NCBI GenBank assembly: GCA_965214705.1
Contig: CBDCCI010000002.1
Span: 128,001-192,000 of the forward strand
From: Alphaproteobacteria bacterium
GTDB lineage: Bacteria; Pseudomonadota; Alphaproteobacteria; UBA828
Direction of reading: 5' to 3'
Length of the DNA stretch: 64,000 nt
In this document: piece by piece, positions 28,197 to 37,371 of the stretch
How the letters are laid out: each line of letters opens with the position of its first letter
Position numbering within the stretch: the stretch's first letter is position 1
Program-made: the position numbers and the translations under genes
Notes under the pieces: model-generated
Seen by the model: only the letters and a program-made list of their open reading frames with translations
Told to the model about the DNA's origin: nothing
The model's database searches: none

Positions 28197-29750
28197 TCAA
28201 ATCTTCCTCTCGTGCCCCGCCCAGAAGCGCTCGCGGACCTTGCGTTTCAATACTTTACCCACGCTGCTGCGGGGCAGCTCGTCCCAGAACTCCACCGTCT
28301 TCGGCGCCTTGTAGGCCGAGAGCTCCCGCTTGCAGAGCGCGATCAGGTCGTCGCCGCTCACCCGCTCGCCCTGCTTCAGCTCGACGACCGCCTTCACCGC
28401 CTCGCCCCACTTCTCGTCGGGCACGCCGATCACGGCGCAGTCCTGCACCGCTGGGTGGCTCCAGATCACGCGCTCGATCTCGATCGGGAAGACGTTGAGC
28501 CCGCCCGAGATGATCATGTCCTTCTTGCGGTCGACGATGTAGACGAAGCCGTCCTCGTCCTTGTAGCCAATGTCGCCGGTGTGGTGCCAACCGTGTGCCT
28601 GGATTTCCGCCGTGGCCTCCGGGTCGGCGAAGTAGCCGAGGGAGACGAAGGTGCCGCGCACCACGATCTCGCCCCATTCGCCGGTCGGCATCAGGTTGCC
28701 CGCGTCGTCCATCATCTCGACCTCGACGAAGACCGGCGGCCGGCCGCAGCTCACGAGGCGGTGCTGCTTGGCGGGGTCGGCGAGCGCCTCCAGGTGGTCG
28801 GCCGGCGTCAGGATGCCGATGGTGCAGGGGCACTCGGCTTGGCCGTAGATCTGGGTCATGCAGGGGCCGAAGAGGTCGATGGCTTCCGCCACCTTGTCCG
28901 CCGACATCGGCGCGCCGCCATAGACGAAGTAGTCGAGCGTCGAATAGTCGAACTCCCGCGCCCTGGGGTGCGCCAGCATCATGTAGATCATCGTCGGCGG
29001 CATGAAGGTGTGGGTCACGCCGTGGCGGTCGATCGCCTCCAGCACCGTGAGCGGATCGGGCTTCTGGATGCAGACCGTGGTGCCGCCGAAGGCCATGGCC
29101 GGCCAGGCGAAGACGCCTGCGCCATGCGCCATTGAGGTCGCCACCAGGTGCACCGGCGGCTTCTTGATGGGCAGGTGCGCGTAGACGTTGGCGCACCAGG
29201 CCTCCCAGATCAGGTTCGACCACATCGCCCCCTTGGGGAGGCCCGTGGTGCCGCCCGAGGTGAAGTGGCTGATCACCGCGTCCCGCTCGTCCGGCAGCTC
29301 CGGCGCCACGTCGCCGTGGCCTGCGATGAACTGGTCGAAGGAGGGCGCGTCCACCCCTGCGCGGTCGAGGCAGACGAGGTGCCGGAGCTTCGGGCACTGG
29401 GCGCGGATCTGCGCGATCACCGGCTCGAAGCTCGAGTGGTAGAAGAGCCGCGCGGCCTCGCGCTGGTCGATGACGTAGGCGTTCTCGTCGGCAGACGCGA
29501 GCGCCGCGAGCCCGACCCAGACGCCGCCGGCCCGCGCGGCGCCGATCCAGGCCTCGAAGGCGCGGCTTGCGTTGGGGCTCAGGATCGCCACACGGTCGCC
29601 CCGCTCCAGCCCGCCCGCGAGCAGCGCGTTCGCCGTGCGGTGGCTGCGCTCGGCCACCTCGCGGTAGCTGAGCTCGCCGGTCCCGTCGATGAGGCAGGCG
29701 CGGTCCGGATAGTAGCGATGCCCACGCTCGAAGTAGTCGATCAGCCTCAT
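28197..29750 (-). CDS. AMP-dependent acyl-CoA synthetase/ligase
   Basis: TSGGTTGLPKG, YGQAE, HTGDIG, DRKKDMII, GKVLK. Confidence 0.93.
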   Translation of the reverse strand: MRLIDYFERGHRYYPDRACLIDGTGELSYREVAERSHRTANALLAGGLERGDRVAILSPNASRAFEAWIGAARAGGVWVGLAALASADENAYVIDQREAARLFYHSSFEPVIAQIRAQCPKLRHLVCLDRAGVDAPSFDQFIAGHGDVAPELPDERDAVISHFTSGGTTGLPKGAMWSNLIWEAWCANVYAHLPIKKPPVHLVATSMAHGAGVFAWPAMAFGGTTVCIQKPDPLTVLEAIDRHGVTHTFMPPTMIYMMLAHPRAREFDYSTLDYFVYGGAPMSADKVAEAIDLFGPCMTQIYGQAECPCTIGILTPADHLEALADPAKQHRLVSCGRPPVFVEVEMMDDAGNLMPTGEWGEIVVRGTFVSLGYFADPEATAEIQAHGWHHTGDIGYKDEDGFVYIVDRKKDMIISGGLNVFPIEIERVIWSHPAVQDCAVIGVPDEKWGEAVKAVVELKQGERVSGDDLIALCKRELSAYKAPKTVEFWDELPRSSVGKVLKRKVRERFWAGHERKI

Positions 29751-29831
29751 GCGGCTCCTCCCGGCTCGCCCCTCGAATGCCCAATTTCACGCGGCGCGCG
29801 CCGCCACGCTCTACGCGGAATTGACTCGGAT

Positions 29832-29847
29832 TTCAAACAAGTGTTTG
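29832..29847. promoter_or_regulatory. TetR-type (PsrA-like) operator TTCAAAC-AAGT-GTTTG between divergent genes
   Basis: Palindrome CAAACA-AG-TGTTTG just downstream of TTGACT at 29821; matches the C/GAAAC-N4-GTTTG/C PsrA-type pattern. Confidence 0.55.
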
Positions 29848-29893
29848 CTCGGTAGCACTCGGCCCGCGCCGGCCGCCGCAATCGGAGAGACCC

Positions 29894-31111
29894 ATGCTTT
29901 CGCTGCCCAAGCAGGAGCTCAAGGGGCACTTCACCATGCTGCCGATGGATGAGGTCCACTTCGGCCCCGGCAGCCTCGAGAACCTTTCCGCCGAGCTCGA
30001 GAAGCAGGGTGTGAACCGGGCCGTCATCGTCACCGGCAACACCCTAGCCAAGAACACGAATCTGGTGGATAAGGTGGCCGCCGCCGCCGGTAACAAGTGC
30101 GCCGGCGTCTTTCACGAGACCTCGCAGCACGTGCCGCGCCGCACCGTCATCGCCGCCGCCGAGTATGCGCGCGAGCACGACGCGGACGCGCTGATCAGCT
30201 TCGGCGGCGGCACGCCCAACGATACCGCCAAGGCGACCCTGATCTGCCTCGCCGAGGGGATCACCGAGCCCGCAGGGCTCGATGCCTACATGATCAAGTT
30301 CACCTACCCGGACAAGGTGGAGATCCCCTCGCTCACCAACGACCCGATCCCCATGTTCGCCATCCCGACCACGCTGTCCGCCGGCGAGTTCACCTATTTC
30401 GTGGGCGTCACCGACGAGGAGCGCAAGGTCAAGGACCTCTACGTCGACCGGCGGATCACGGCGAAGGCGGTCATCCTCGACCCCGAACTCACCATGGAGA
30501 CACCGGAGCGGCTCTGGCTCGGCACCGGCATGCGCGCGGTCGATCACTGCATCGAGGCGATGTGCTCCAGCACCAGCCAGCCCTTCATCGACGCGCTGGC
30601 CTACCGCGCGCTCAACATGCTGGTGCGCTACCTGCGCGAGACCAGGGCAGACCCCGGCGATGCAGCGGCGCGCGGGCAATGCATGGTGGCGGCCTGGATG
30701 TCGGTCTGCGGCCTCGCCAACGTGACGCTGGGCCTGAGCCACGGCATCGGCCATCAGCTGGGCGCCCGCTGCAACGTGCCTCACGGCGAGACCTCGGCGG
30801 TGATGATGCCGCACGTCATGGCCTTCAACCGTGCAGTCACCACGACCCGCCAAGCCTGGGCGGCGGAGGCGATGGGCGTGGACATCGCCGGCATGAGCGA
30901 GGAGGACGCCGCCACCGCCGCGGCCGACGAGGTGGCGAAGCTGGTGCGGGAGGACATGGGCCTGCCCTGGCGGCTCAGGGACGTGGGCGTCACTCACGAG
31001 GACTTCCCCGGCATCGCGACGGACGCGCTGGAGGACATCATCGTCGCCGGCAATCCGCGCCAGGTGACGTCCGAGGACGAGGTCATCGACCTCTTGCACA
31101 AGGCCTGGTAG
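29894..31111 (+). CDS. Iron-containing alcohol dehydrogenase family protein
   Basis: FGGGTP.D..K, IPTTLSAGE, DH.IE, HGIGH, VPHG. Confidence 0.9.
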   Translation: MLSLPKQELKGHFTMLPMDEVHFGPGSLENLSAELEKQGVNRAVIVTGNTLAKNTNLVDKVAAAAGNKCAGVFHETSQHVPRRTVIAAAEYAREHDADALISFGGGTPNDTAKATLICLAEGITEPAGLDAYMIKFTYPDKVEIPSLTNDPIPMFAIPTTLSAGEFTYFVGVTDEERKVKDLYVDRRITAKAVILDPELTMETPERLWLGTGMRAVDHCIEAMCSSTSQPFIDALAYRALNMLVRYLRETRADPGDAAARGQCMVAAWMSVCGLANVTLGLSHGIGHQLGARCNVPHGETSAVMMPHVMAFNRAVTTTRQAWAAEAMGVDIAGMSEEDAATAAADEVAKLVREDMGLPWRLRDVGVTHEDFPGIATDALEDIIVAGNPRQVTSEDEVIDLLHKAW

Positions 31112-31133
31112 CGCAGGCTTACGGGAGACAGCC

Positions 31134-33221
31134 ATGGGCTATCGCATTGCCGTCGATACCGGCGGCACGTTCACCGATGTCGTGGTCGCCGACGAGGCGG
31201 GCCGGCTCACCGTCGGCAAGGCGCTGACCACGGTGGAGCGCACCTTCGAGGGCTTCAGCGGCGCGCTCGCCAACGCCGGCGACATCGCCGGCGTTCCCTA
31301 CGAGCGCCTGCTGGCCGAGACAGAGATGCTGATCTACGGCACCACGCGCTCCACCAACTCGATCATCGAGAGCAAGGTCGCGAAGACGGCGCTGCTCACC
31401 ACAGAGGGCTTTCCGGACACGCTGCTCTACCGCCACGGCGGCAAGCGCGAGCCGCTCAACCTCGCGATGGAGTTCCCGCCGCCCTACATCCCGCGCCGGC
31501 TCACCTTCGAGATCCCGGAGCGGATCAACGCCGAGGGCGGCGTCGAGCGCGCGTTGGACGAAGCCGCAGCGCGGGCGATTATCGAGAGCTTGCCGCGCAA
31601 GCGGATCGATGCGGTCGCGGTCGCGCTGCTCTGGTCGATCGTCAATCCCGACCACGAGCTGCGCATCGGCGCGCTGATCGCCGAGATCATGCCGGGCGTG
31701 CCCTACACCCTCTCGCACCAGCTCAACCCGATCATCCGCGAGTTCCCGCGCACGTCTTCCACCGCCATCGACGCCTCGCTCAAGCCCCTGATGCAGAGCC
31801 ATCTGGCCGAGTTCGAGAGCGACCTGCGCGCCGCCGGCTGCGAGGGCGAGGTGCTGATCAGCACGTCCTCCGGCGGCGTCATGCACGTGGATGACGTGGT
31901 GGCGAAGCCGATCTACACCGTGAAGTCGGGCCCAGCGATGGGCCCGCTCGCGGGCATCGCCTACGCCGGCGCCGAGGACCAGGGCGACGACGTCATCATC
32001 GTCGATACCGGCGGCACCACCTTCGACGTGAGCCTGGTGCGCAGCGGCCAGGTCAAGTACACCCGCGACACGTGGCTGCTGGGCGAGTGGATCGGCCACA
32101 ACCTTGGCCTCTCCTCGGTGGACGTGCGCAGCGTGGGCGCCGGCGGCGGCTCGATCGCCTGGATCGACGCGGGCGGGCTGCTCCGCGTCGGCCCGCAGAG
32201 CGCGGGCGCGCGCCCCGGCCCGGCCTGCTACGGCCAGGGCGGCGAGGAGCCCACCGTCACCGATGCCGCCGTGGTGCTCGGCTACATCGACCCCGACTAC
32301 TTCCTCGGCGGGCGCATGAGCCTCGATGTCGCCGCCGCAGCCACGGCGATCGAGCAGGTCGCAGCCCCCCTCAAGCTCTCCGCCGACGAGGCCGCGTCTG
32401 CGGTGCTCACGCTTGCCGGCGAGCAGATGATCAAGGCGATCCAGGAGATCACGGTGCAGGACGGCGTGAACCCCGGCGAGAGCATCATCGTCGCAGGCGG
32501 CGGCGCGGCCGGGCTCAACATCATCCCCATCGCCCAGGCTCTCGGCTGCCGCCGGGTGCTGCTGCCGCGCACGGCCGGCGCGCTCAGCGCCTGCGGCGGG
32601 CAGTTCTCCAACATCGTCACCGAGTTCAGCGCGAGCCGGTACGCGCATTCCAACACCTTCGACTTCGAGGGCGTCAGCGCGACCCTCTCCGGCATCGCGG
32701 CGCGCATGGACGAGTTCGAGGAGAAGCTGCGCGGCCGCAGCATCGAGCGCTTCGGCCGCGAGTACTTTGTCGAGGCCCGCTACATCAACCAGCAGTGGGA
32801 GATGGAAATCCCCATGCCCATGGACCGCTTCGAGACGGACGCGGACGTGGAGCGGCTGGTGGAGACCTTCCACGATGTCCACTTCCGCCGCTATGCGGTG
32901 AAGGAAGAAGGCGGCGCCATCGAGTGCATCAACTGGAAGGGGCGGATCACAGCGTTCCTCGACAAGCCGTCGTTCCCGGCCGAGCCGATGACGGAGGCTG
33001 CGCTGCCCAAGCCGCGCCGCAACACGCGCGCCTACTTCGGCGAGGCCGGGACCTTGGACACGCCCTTCCATCTCGGCGATGATCTGATGCCCGGCATGGT
33101 GCTGAAGGGGCCGGCCATCGTCGAAGAGCCCACCACGACGATCGTCGTCTATCCGGGCTCGACGGCGACCGTGACCGCTGGACGGAACTACCTGCTGGAG
33201 ACCGGCGCCGCCGGCGCCTGA
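31134..33221 (+). CDS. Hydantoinase/oxoprolinase (lactamase-like) subunit A, second copy
   Basis: VDTGGTFTD, REFPRTSST, SGPAMGP, GAGGGSI. Confidence 0.92.
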   Translation: MGYRIAVDTGGTFTDVVVADEAGRLTVGKALTTVERTFEGFSGALANAGDIAGVPYERLLAETEMLIYGTTRSTNSIIESKVAKTALLTTEGFPDTLLYRHGGKREPLNLAMEFPPPYIPRRLTFEIPERINAEGGVERALDEAAARAIIESLPRKRIDAVAVALLWSIVNPDHELRIGALIAEIMPGVPYTLSHQLNPIIREFPRTSSTAIDASLKPLMQSHLAEFESDLRAAGCEGEVLISTSSGGVMHVDDVVAKPIYTVKSGPAMGPLAGIAYAGAEDQGDDVIIVDTGGTTFDVSLVRSGQVKYTRDTWLLGEWIGHNLGLSSVDVRSVGAGGGSIAWIDAGGLLRVGPQSAGARPGPACYGQGGEEPTVTDAAVVLGYIDPDYFLGGRMSLDVAAAATAIEQVAAPLKLSADEAASAVLTLAGEQMIKAIQEITVQDGVNPGESIIVAGGGAAGLNIIPIAQALGCRRVLLPRTAGALSACGGQFSNIVTEFSASRYAHSNTFDFEGVSATLSGIAARMDEFEEKLRGRSIERFGREYFVEARYINQQWEMEIPMPMDRFETDADVERLVETFHDVHFRRYAVKEEGGAIECINWKGRITAFLDKPSFPAEPMTEAALPKPRRNTRAYFGEAGTLDTPFHLGDDLMPGMVLKGPAIVEEPTTTIVVYPGSTATVTAGRNYLLETGAAGA

Positions 33222-33232
33222 GGGAGGAAGCG

Positions 33233-35050
33233 ATGGCACAAGCACTCGCCGACGCTGGGCGGGAGAACCGCATCAACCCGGTTCTGCTGCCGGTTATGGC
33301 GAACCGCATGGACGCGGTCTGCCGAGAGATGACCAACACCATGCTGCTGGCGGCGCGCTCGTCCGTCATCGGCATGGCGCGCGACTTCTCGTGCGCGGTC
33401 ATCACGTCGGACAACCAGGTGCTGGCCGTGGCCGAGGGCTTCCCCATCCACGTCTGGGGCACCAACATCCAGACCAGGTCGATGCAGGACCTGCATCCCG
33501 ACTATGCCGAGGGCGATGCCTTCCTCCACAACGACCCCTACCTCGGCAACACGCACCCGGCGGACCACACCATCCTTGTGCCGGTGTTCCACGAGGGGGA
33601 GCACTTCTTTACCGTCGCGGTGAAGGCGCATCAGGCCGATGTCGGGAACAGCCTGCCCACCACCTACATGGCGCAGGCCGCGGACGTCTATCAGGAAGGC
33701 GCGCTGATCTTCCCCTGCGTCCAGGTGCAGCGGGATTTTCGGGACATCGACGACATCATCCGCATGTGCGAGCGCCGCATCCGCGTGCCCGAGCAGTGGT
33801 ACGGCGACTATCTCGCCGCCGTGGGCGCGGCCCGCATCGGCGAGCGCTCGCTCAAGGCCTTCATCGCCAAATACGGCGCCCACACGGTGCGCCACTTCAC
33901 CGAGGAGTGGTTCGATTATTCCGAGCGCCGCTGCATCGAGGCGATTCGCGCGCTGCCCAAGGGCAAGCTCAAGGGCGCGCAGGCGCACGATCCGGTCGAG
34001 CCCTGGGTGCCGGACGGCATCCCCATCAACGTCACCATCGACATCGACCCCGACGCGGCCAAGGTGACGGTGGACCTGCGCGACAACATCGATTGCATCG
34101 ACGCGGGCCTCAACCTCACCGAGACCACGTCGACCATGGCGGCGGTGCAGGGCGTGCTCACCTGCCTCGGCGAGGACCTGCCGCCCAACTCCGGCACCAT
34201 GCGGCGCATCGAGGTGCTGCTGCGCGAGAACTGCGCGGTGGGCATTCCGCGCTTCCCGCACAGCTGCTCGGTGGCGACCACCAACCTCACCGACGTGATC
34301 GTCAACGTGACTCAGTCGGCCTTCGCCGAGCTTGGCGACGGCCAGGGTTTTGCGCACGGCAACTACTGTAACTCGGCCGCAGCCGGCGTCGCCTCCGGCA
34401 CCGACTGGCGGCGCGACGGCGAGCGCTACATCAACCAGATGTTCATGATGGGCGGCGGCGGCGGCGCATCGGCCGAGAACGACGGCATGCACTACCTCTT
34501 CGTGCCGGTGGCGGCTGGCCTGCTCTACCGCGACAGCATCGAGATCAACGAGCAGCGCTTCCCCGTACTCATCGACAAGATGCACGTGGTCACCGATTCC
34601 ATGGGCCACGGGCGCAGGCGCGGCGGGCCCGCGACCGAGGTGATCATGGGGCCGCGCAACGATCCCATGCGCATTCTTCACGTCTGCAACGGGCTCGAGA
34701 GCGCGCCCAAGGGCGTGCGCGGCGGCACCGGCTCCCAGCTCGGCGGCAATGCCAAGATCGAGCGGGACGGCTCGGAGCACCCCTATCCGGCGGTCATGGT
34801 GTGCGACCTGGAAGGCGGCGAGCGGCTGCGCGCGCGGGATCAGGGCGGCGGCGGCTACGGCAGCCCGCTGGAGCGCGAGACCCATCGCGTGCTCAACGAC
34901 GTGGCCGAGCGCTATATCACCGTGGAAACGGCACGCGAGACCTATGGCGTCGCCGTCACCGGCAACGTGGAGGATGACTCCCTCGCCGTGGACGAGGCCA
35001 CGACCGCCCAGCTCCGGGCCTCCATGAACGGCGGCGGCGCTACGGCCTAG
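33233..35050 (+). CDS. Hydantoinase/oxoprolinase subunit B, second copy
   Basis: HNDPYLGNTH.ADH, AHQADVG, GGGGYG.P. Confidence 0.92.
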   Translation: MAQALADAGRENRINPVLLPVMANRMDAVCREMTNTMLLAARSSVIGMARDFSCAVITSDNQVLAVAEGFPIHVWGTNIQTRSMQDLHPDYAEGDAFLHNDPYLGNTHPADHTILVPVFHEGEHFFTVAVKAHQADVGNSLPTTYMAQAADVYQEGALIFPCVQVQRDFRDIDDIIRMCERRIRVPEQWYGDYLAAVGAARIGERSLKAFIAKYGAHTVRHFTEEWFDYSERRCIEAIRALPKGKLKGAQAHDPVEPWVPDGIPINVTIDIDPDAAKVTVDLRDNIDCIDAGLNLTETTSTMAAVQGVLTCLGEDLPPNSGTMRRIEVLLRENCAVGIPRFPHSCSVATTNLTDVIVNVTQSAFAELGDGQGFAHGNYCNSAAAGVASGTDWRRDGERYINQMFMMGGGGGASAENDGMHYLFVPVAAGLLYRDSIEINEQRFPVLIDKMHVVTDSMGHGRRRGGPATEVIMGPRNDPMRILHVCNGLESAPKGVRGGTGSQLGGNAKIERDGSEHPYPAVMVCDLEGGERLRARDQGGGGYGSPLERETHRVLNDVAERYITVETARETYGVAVTGNVEDDSLAVDEATTAQLRASMNGGGATA

Positions 35051-35090
35051 GGGCTCAAGCGGCACCGGAAGCTGCGTCGCGGGGGCACCC

Positions 35091-35864
35091 GTGCCGATCA
35101 CCCTCCCCGGCAAGACGGCGATCGTCACCGGCGCCGGCCGCGGCATCGGCAAGGCGGTGGCCGAGGTCTTCGCCCGCGAGGGCGCACGCGTGCTCGTGGT
35201 GAACCGCAGCCCCGAGGCCGGCCAGAGCGCCACCGATGCCATCGTGGCCGAAGGGCTGGAGGCCTCGTTCCTCCAGGCCGACGTGCGCAGCAAGGCGGAC
35301 ATGGAGCGCATGGCCCAAGTCTGTATCGAGCGCTACGGCCGCATCGACATCCTTTGCCTCAACGCTGGCATCTATCCCAACGCCCTCATCGCCGACATGA
35401 CCGAGGCGATGTGGGACGATGTGATGGACACCAACCTCAAGGGCGTGTTCTTCGCGGTCCAGGCGTGCCTGCCGCAGATGAAGAGCCAGCGTACCGGGCG
35501 CCTCCTCGTCGTCTCGTCGATCACCGGCCCCCGCGTGGGCCTGCCGGACGTGAGCTGCTACATGGCATCCAAGGGCGGGGTGAACGCTTTCGTGCGGGGC
35601 GCTGCGCTGGAGCTTGCGCCTTTCGGCATCACCGCCAACACGGTCTCACCCGGCTCGATCCTGACCGAGGGCATCGCCCAGGCCCGCGGCGACGCGGCGG
35701 TGGCGGAGTTCAGCCGGGTGATTCCCGCCGGCCACCTGGGCGATCCGGAGGACGTGGCCTACGCGCTCCTCTACCTCGCGTCGGACCAGGCCCGCTTCCT
35801 CACCGGCCACGACATCGTGCTCGACGGCGGGCAGATCCTGCCGGAGCGCCCGCTCGGCGCCTGA
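35091..35864 (+). CDS. SDR-family oxidoreductase
   Basis: TGAGRGIG, NAG, YMASK, DGGQ. Confidence 0.92.
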   Translation: MPITLPGKTAIVTGAGRGIGKAVAEVFAREGARVLVVNRSPEAGQSATDAIVAEGLEASFLQADVRSKADMERMAQVCIERYGRIDILCLNAGIYPNALIADMTEAMWDDVMDTNLKGVFFAVQACLPQMKSQRTGRLLVVSSITGPRVGLPDVSCYMASKGGVNAFVRGAALELAPFGITANTVSPGSILTEGIAQARGDAAVAEFSRVIPAGHLGDPEDVAYALLYLASDQARFLTGHDIVLDGGQILPERPLGA

Positions 35865-35868
35865 GCGC
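35807..35868 (+). repeat. Direct repeat copy 1: 3' end of the SDR gene (62 bp)
   Basis: Matches 39078-39139 with 5 mismatches. Confidence 0.92.
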
Positions 35869-35947
35869 ACCGGCGGCGGTGCGGCGCCGGCGGCAATGCC
35901 GCCGTCCACGTACCAACTGTCATGGTGGTGATCTCTTTGTGTCGTTG

Positions 35948-35988
35948 CTTGTCAGACAAGAGATAGTAATCAAGCCGATTGTCGACAA
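35948..35988. promoter_or_regulatory. Two GntR/FadR-type palindromes (CTTGTCAGACAAG, TTGTCGACAA)
   Basis: Palindromes at 35948-35960 and 35979-35988 in an AT-rich stretch. Confidence 0.45.
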
Positions 35989-36005
35989 GATATTGATTAT
36001 GAATT

Positions 36006-37319
36006 TTAGAGACCGTCCTGGATGAGTTTTCCGAATAAAGAGTCTATTGTGAAGGACACTGTATTCCCGTCATAGAGATCGGCGGCATTTGCCACTGCCA
36101 AGTACGCGACACTGCGTTGGGGCGCGATCCAAAGATTGGCATACCACCACGTATTGCTCCCGGCATGATATAGCTTATCTCCAGCTGCCCAATCTTCTTC
36201 TTGTACGCCCCAACCCGCCGCATAATTTTCTGGAGAGCGGCCAGGACGAACTAGTTCATTTAGCATATCGCGATTAAGAATTTCCGGCTGGCGATTGGGA
36301 AACCAAAGCTGAATGAACTTCGCATAATCCGCAACCGAAAGATGTACCGTTCCCGCAGGCCCTAGCGATGGGTCGTTATCGAATTGGTTGGGTTTCCAGG
36401 CGCCTCCCTTAAGGAACCTCTGATTTATCAGGGGTTCCCGTGGCACAGGGATGTGCCACCATTTTCGGTAGCTGTAAGTCACTGAAAATGTGAGCAAAGC
36501 GGAAAGCGCGCTTCCGCCTTGCGCGTCTGAGAAATGCAGGAGGCACTTATTCAGACCTTCCTTAAGACTATGCCCCCACGGCTGATCGACCTTGCGCGGC
36601 GTGCCCGGGGGGCCGAATCCTGCGCTGGTCATACCGAGCGGGTTGAAGAGACGCTCCTGCATCAACGTTTCCCAGCTCTTCTTGGTACGCCCTTCCGCTA
36701 GGAGCGCTGCAACCACGTACGAAAGATTCGAATAGAGAAACTTGCCTTTCGGGCCGGCAGGCGCCTGCTTCAGGCTGCCCCTGACAATTGCGTAGCGTCG
36801 TTTCCTTATATTGGATTGTTTACTGTATGCTCCCCAATTCTTGGCATTGGGCGGCATACCCCCTTCCATTCGAACCATTTGGGAAAGAGTAACCGAACGG
36901 TACTTCGCATGAATTTTCTTCGCGAGTTTGGGATAGACATCCCCGATGGTCGTGTCCCAGCCCTTTGGGAACGTGCCATCCGCAACCAGCGTCGCCAGCA
37001 TCGTGGCCGTCATGGCTTTCGTGTTGGAGCCGATGTGCACCAGGTCATTCGCCTTCATCGACGAACGAGAGCCCTGTCTGCGAAGACCGGCCGCCCCGAT
37101 GGCCTTCACACCGTTCTCGTCGATCACCGCAGCAATCAGTCCAGGCGACTCTCCGCGCTCGACCGGCCCGGTCAGATAGTCGGAAAGGTCGATGGGCGGC
37201 GCTGATGGTGGCTTATCCGTTTCCTGACTGTAACCAACGCCATAGGCACACAGCACCGCCGCGAATAAGGCGAGAAACACTACAGAATCGGGGACGATGT
37301 TGCCTCTCTTGAGCTTCAT
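36006..37319 (-). CDS. Secreted serine hydrolase (beta-lactamase-related family) carrying a 51-aa in-frame MITE insertion
   Basis: Signal peptide, SNTK (SxxK), YSN, HAG; visibly lower GC than the flanks; start MKLKRG. Confidence 0.85.
   Translation of the reverse strand: MKLKRGNIVPDSVVFLALFAAVLCAYGVGYSQETDKPPSAPPIDLSDYLTGPVERGESPGLIAAVIDENGVKAIGAAGLRRQGSRSSMKANDLVHIGSNTKAMTATMLATLVADGTFPKGWDTTIGDVYPKLAKKIHAKYRSVTLSQMVRMEGGMPPNAKNWGAYSKQSNIRKRRYAIVRGSLKQAPAGPKGKFLYSNLSYVVAALLAEGRTKKSWETLMQERLFNPLGMTSAGFGPPGTPRKVDQPWGHSLKEGLNKCLLHFSDAQGGSALSALLTFSVTYSYRKWWHIPVPREPLINQRFLKGGAWKPNQFDNDPSLGPAGTVHLSVADYAKFIQLWFPNRQPEILNRDMLNELVRPGRSPENYAAGWGVQEEDWAAGDKLYHAGSNTWWYANLWIAPQRSVAYLAVANAADLYDGNTVSFTIDSLFGKLIQDGL
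36413..36561. mobile_element. 149-bp IS5-type MITE with TTAA target-site duplication
   Basis: Ends GGAACCTCTGATTTAT and ACTTATTCAGACCTTCC (imperfect TIRs resembling IS5 GGAAGGTGCGAATAAG); TTAA at 36409-36412 and 36562-36565; internal hairpins. Confidence 0.85.
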
Positions 37320-37371
37320 CTCCCCACCCCGATCATCGTAATTCACAATATTGCGTATAATACTAGCAGAT

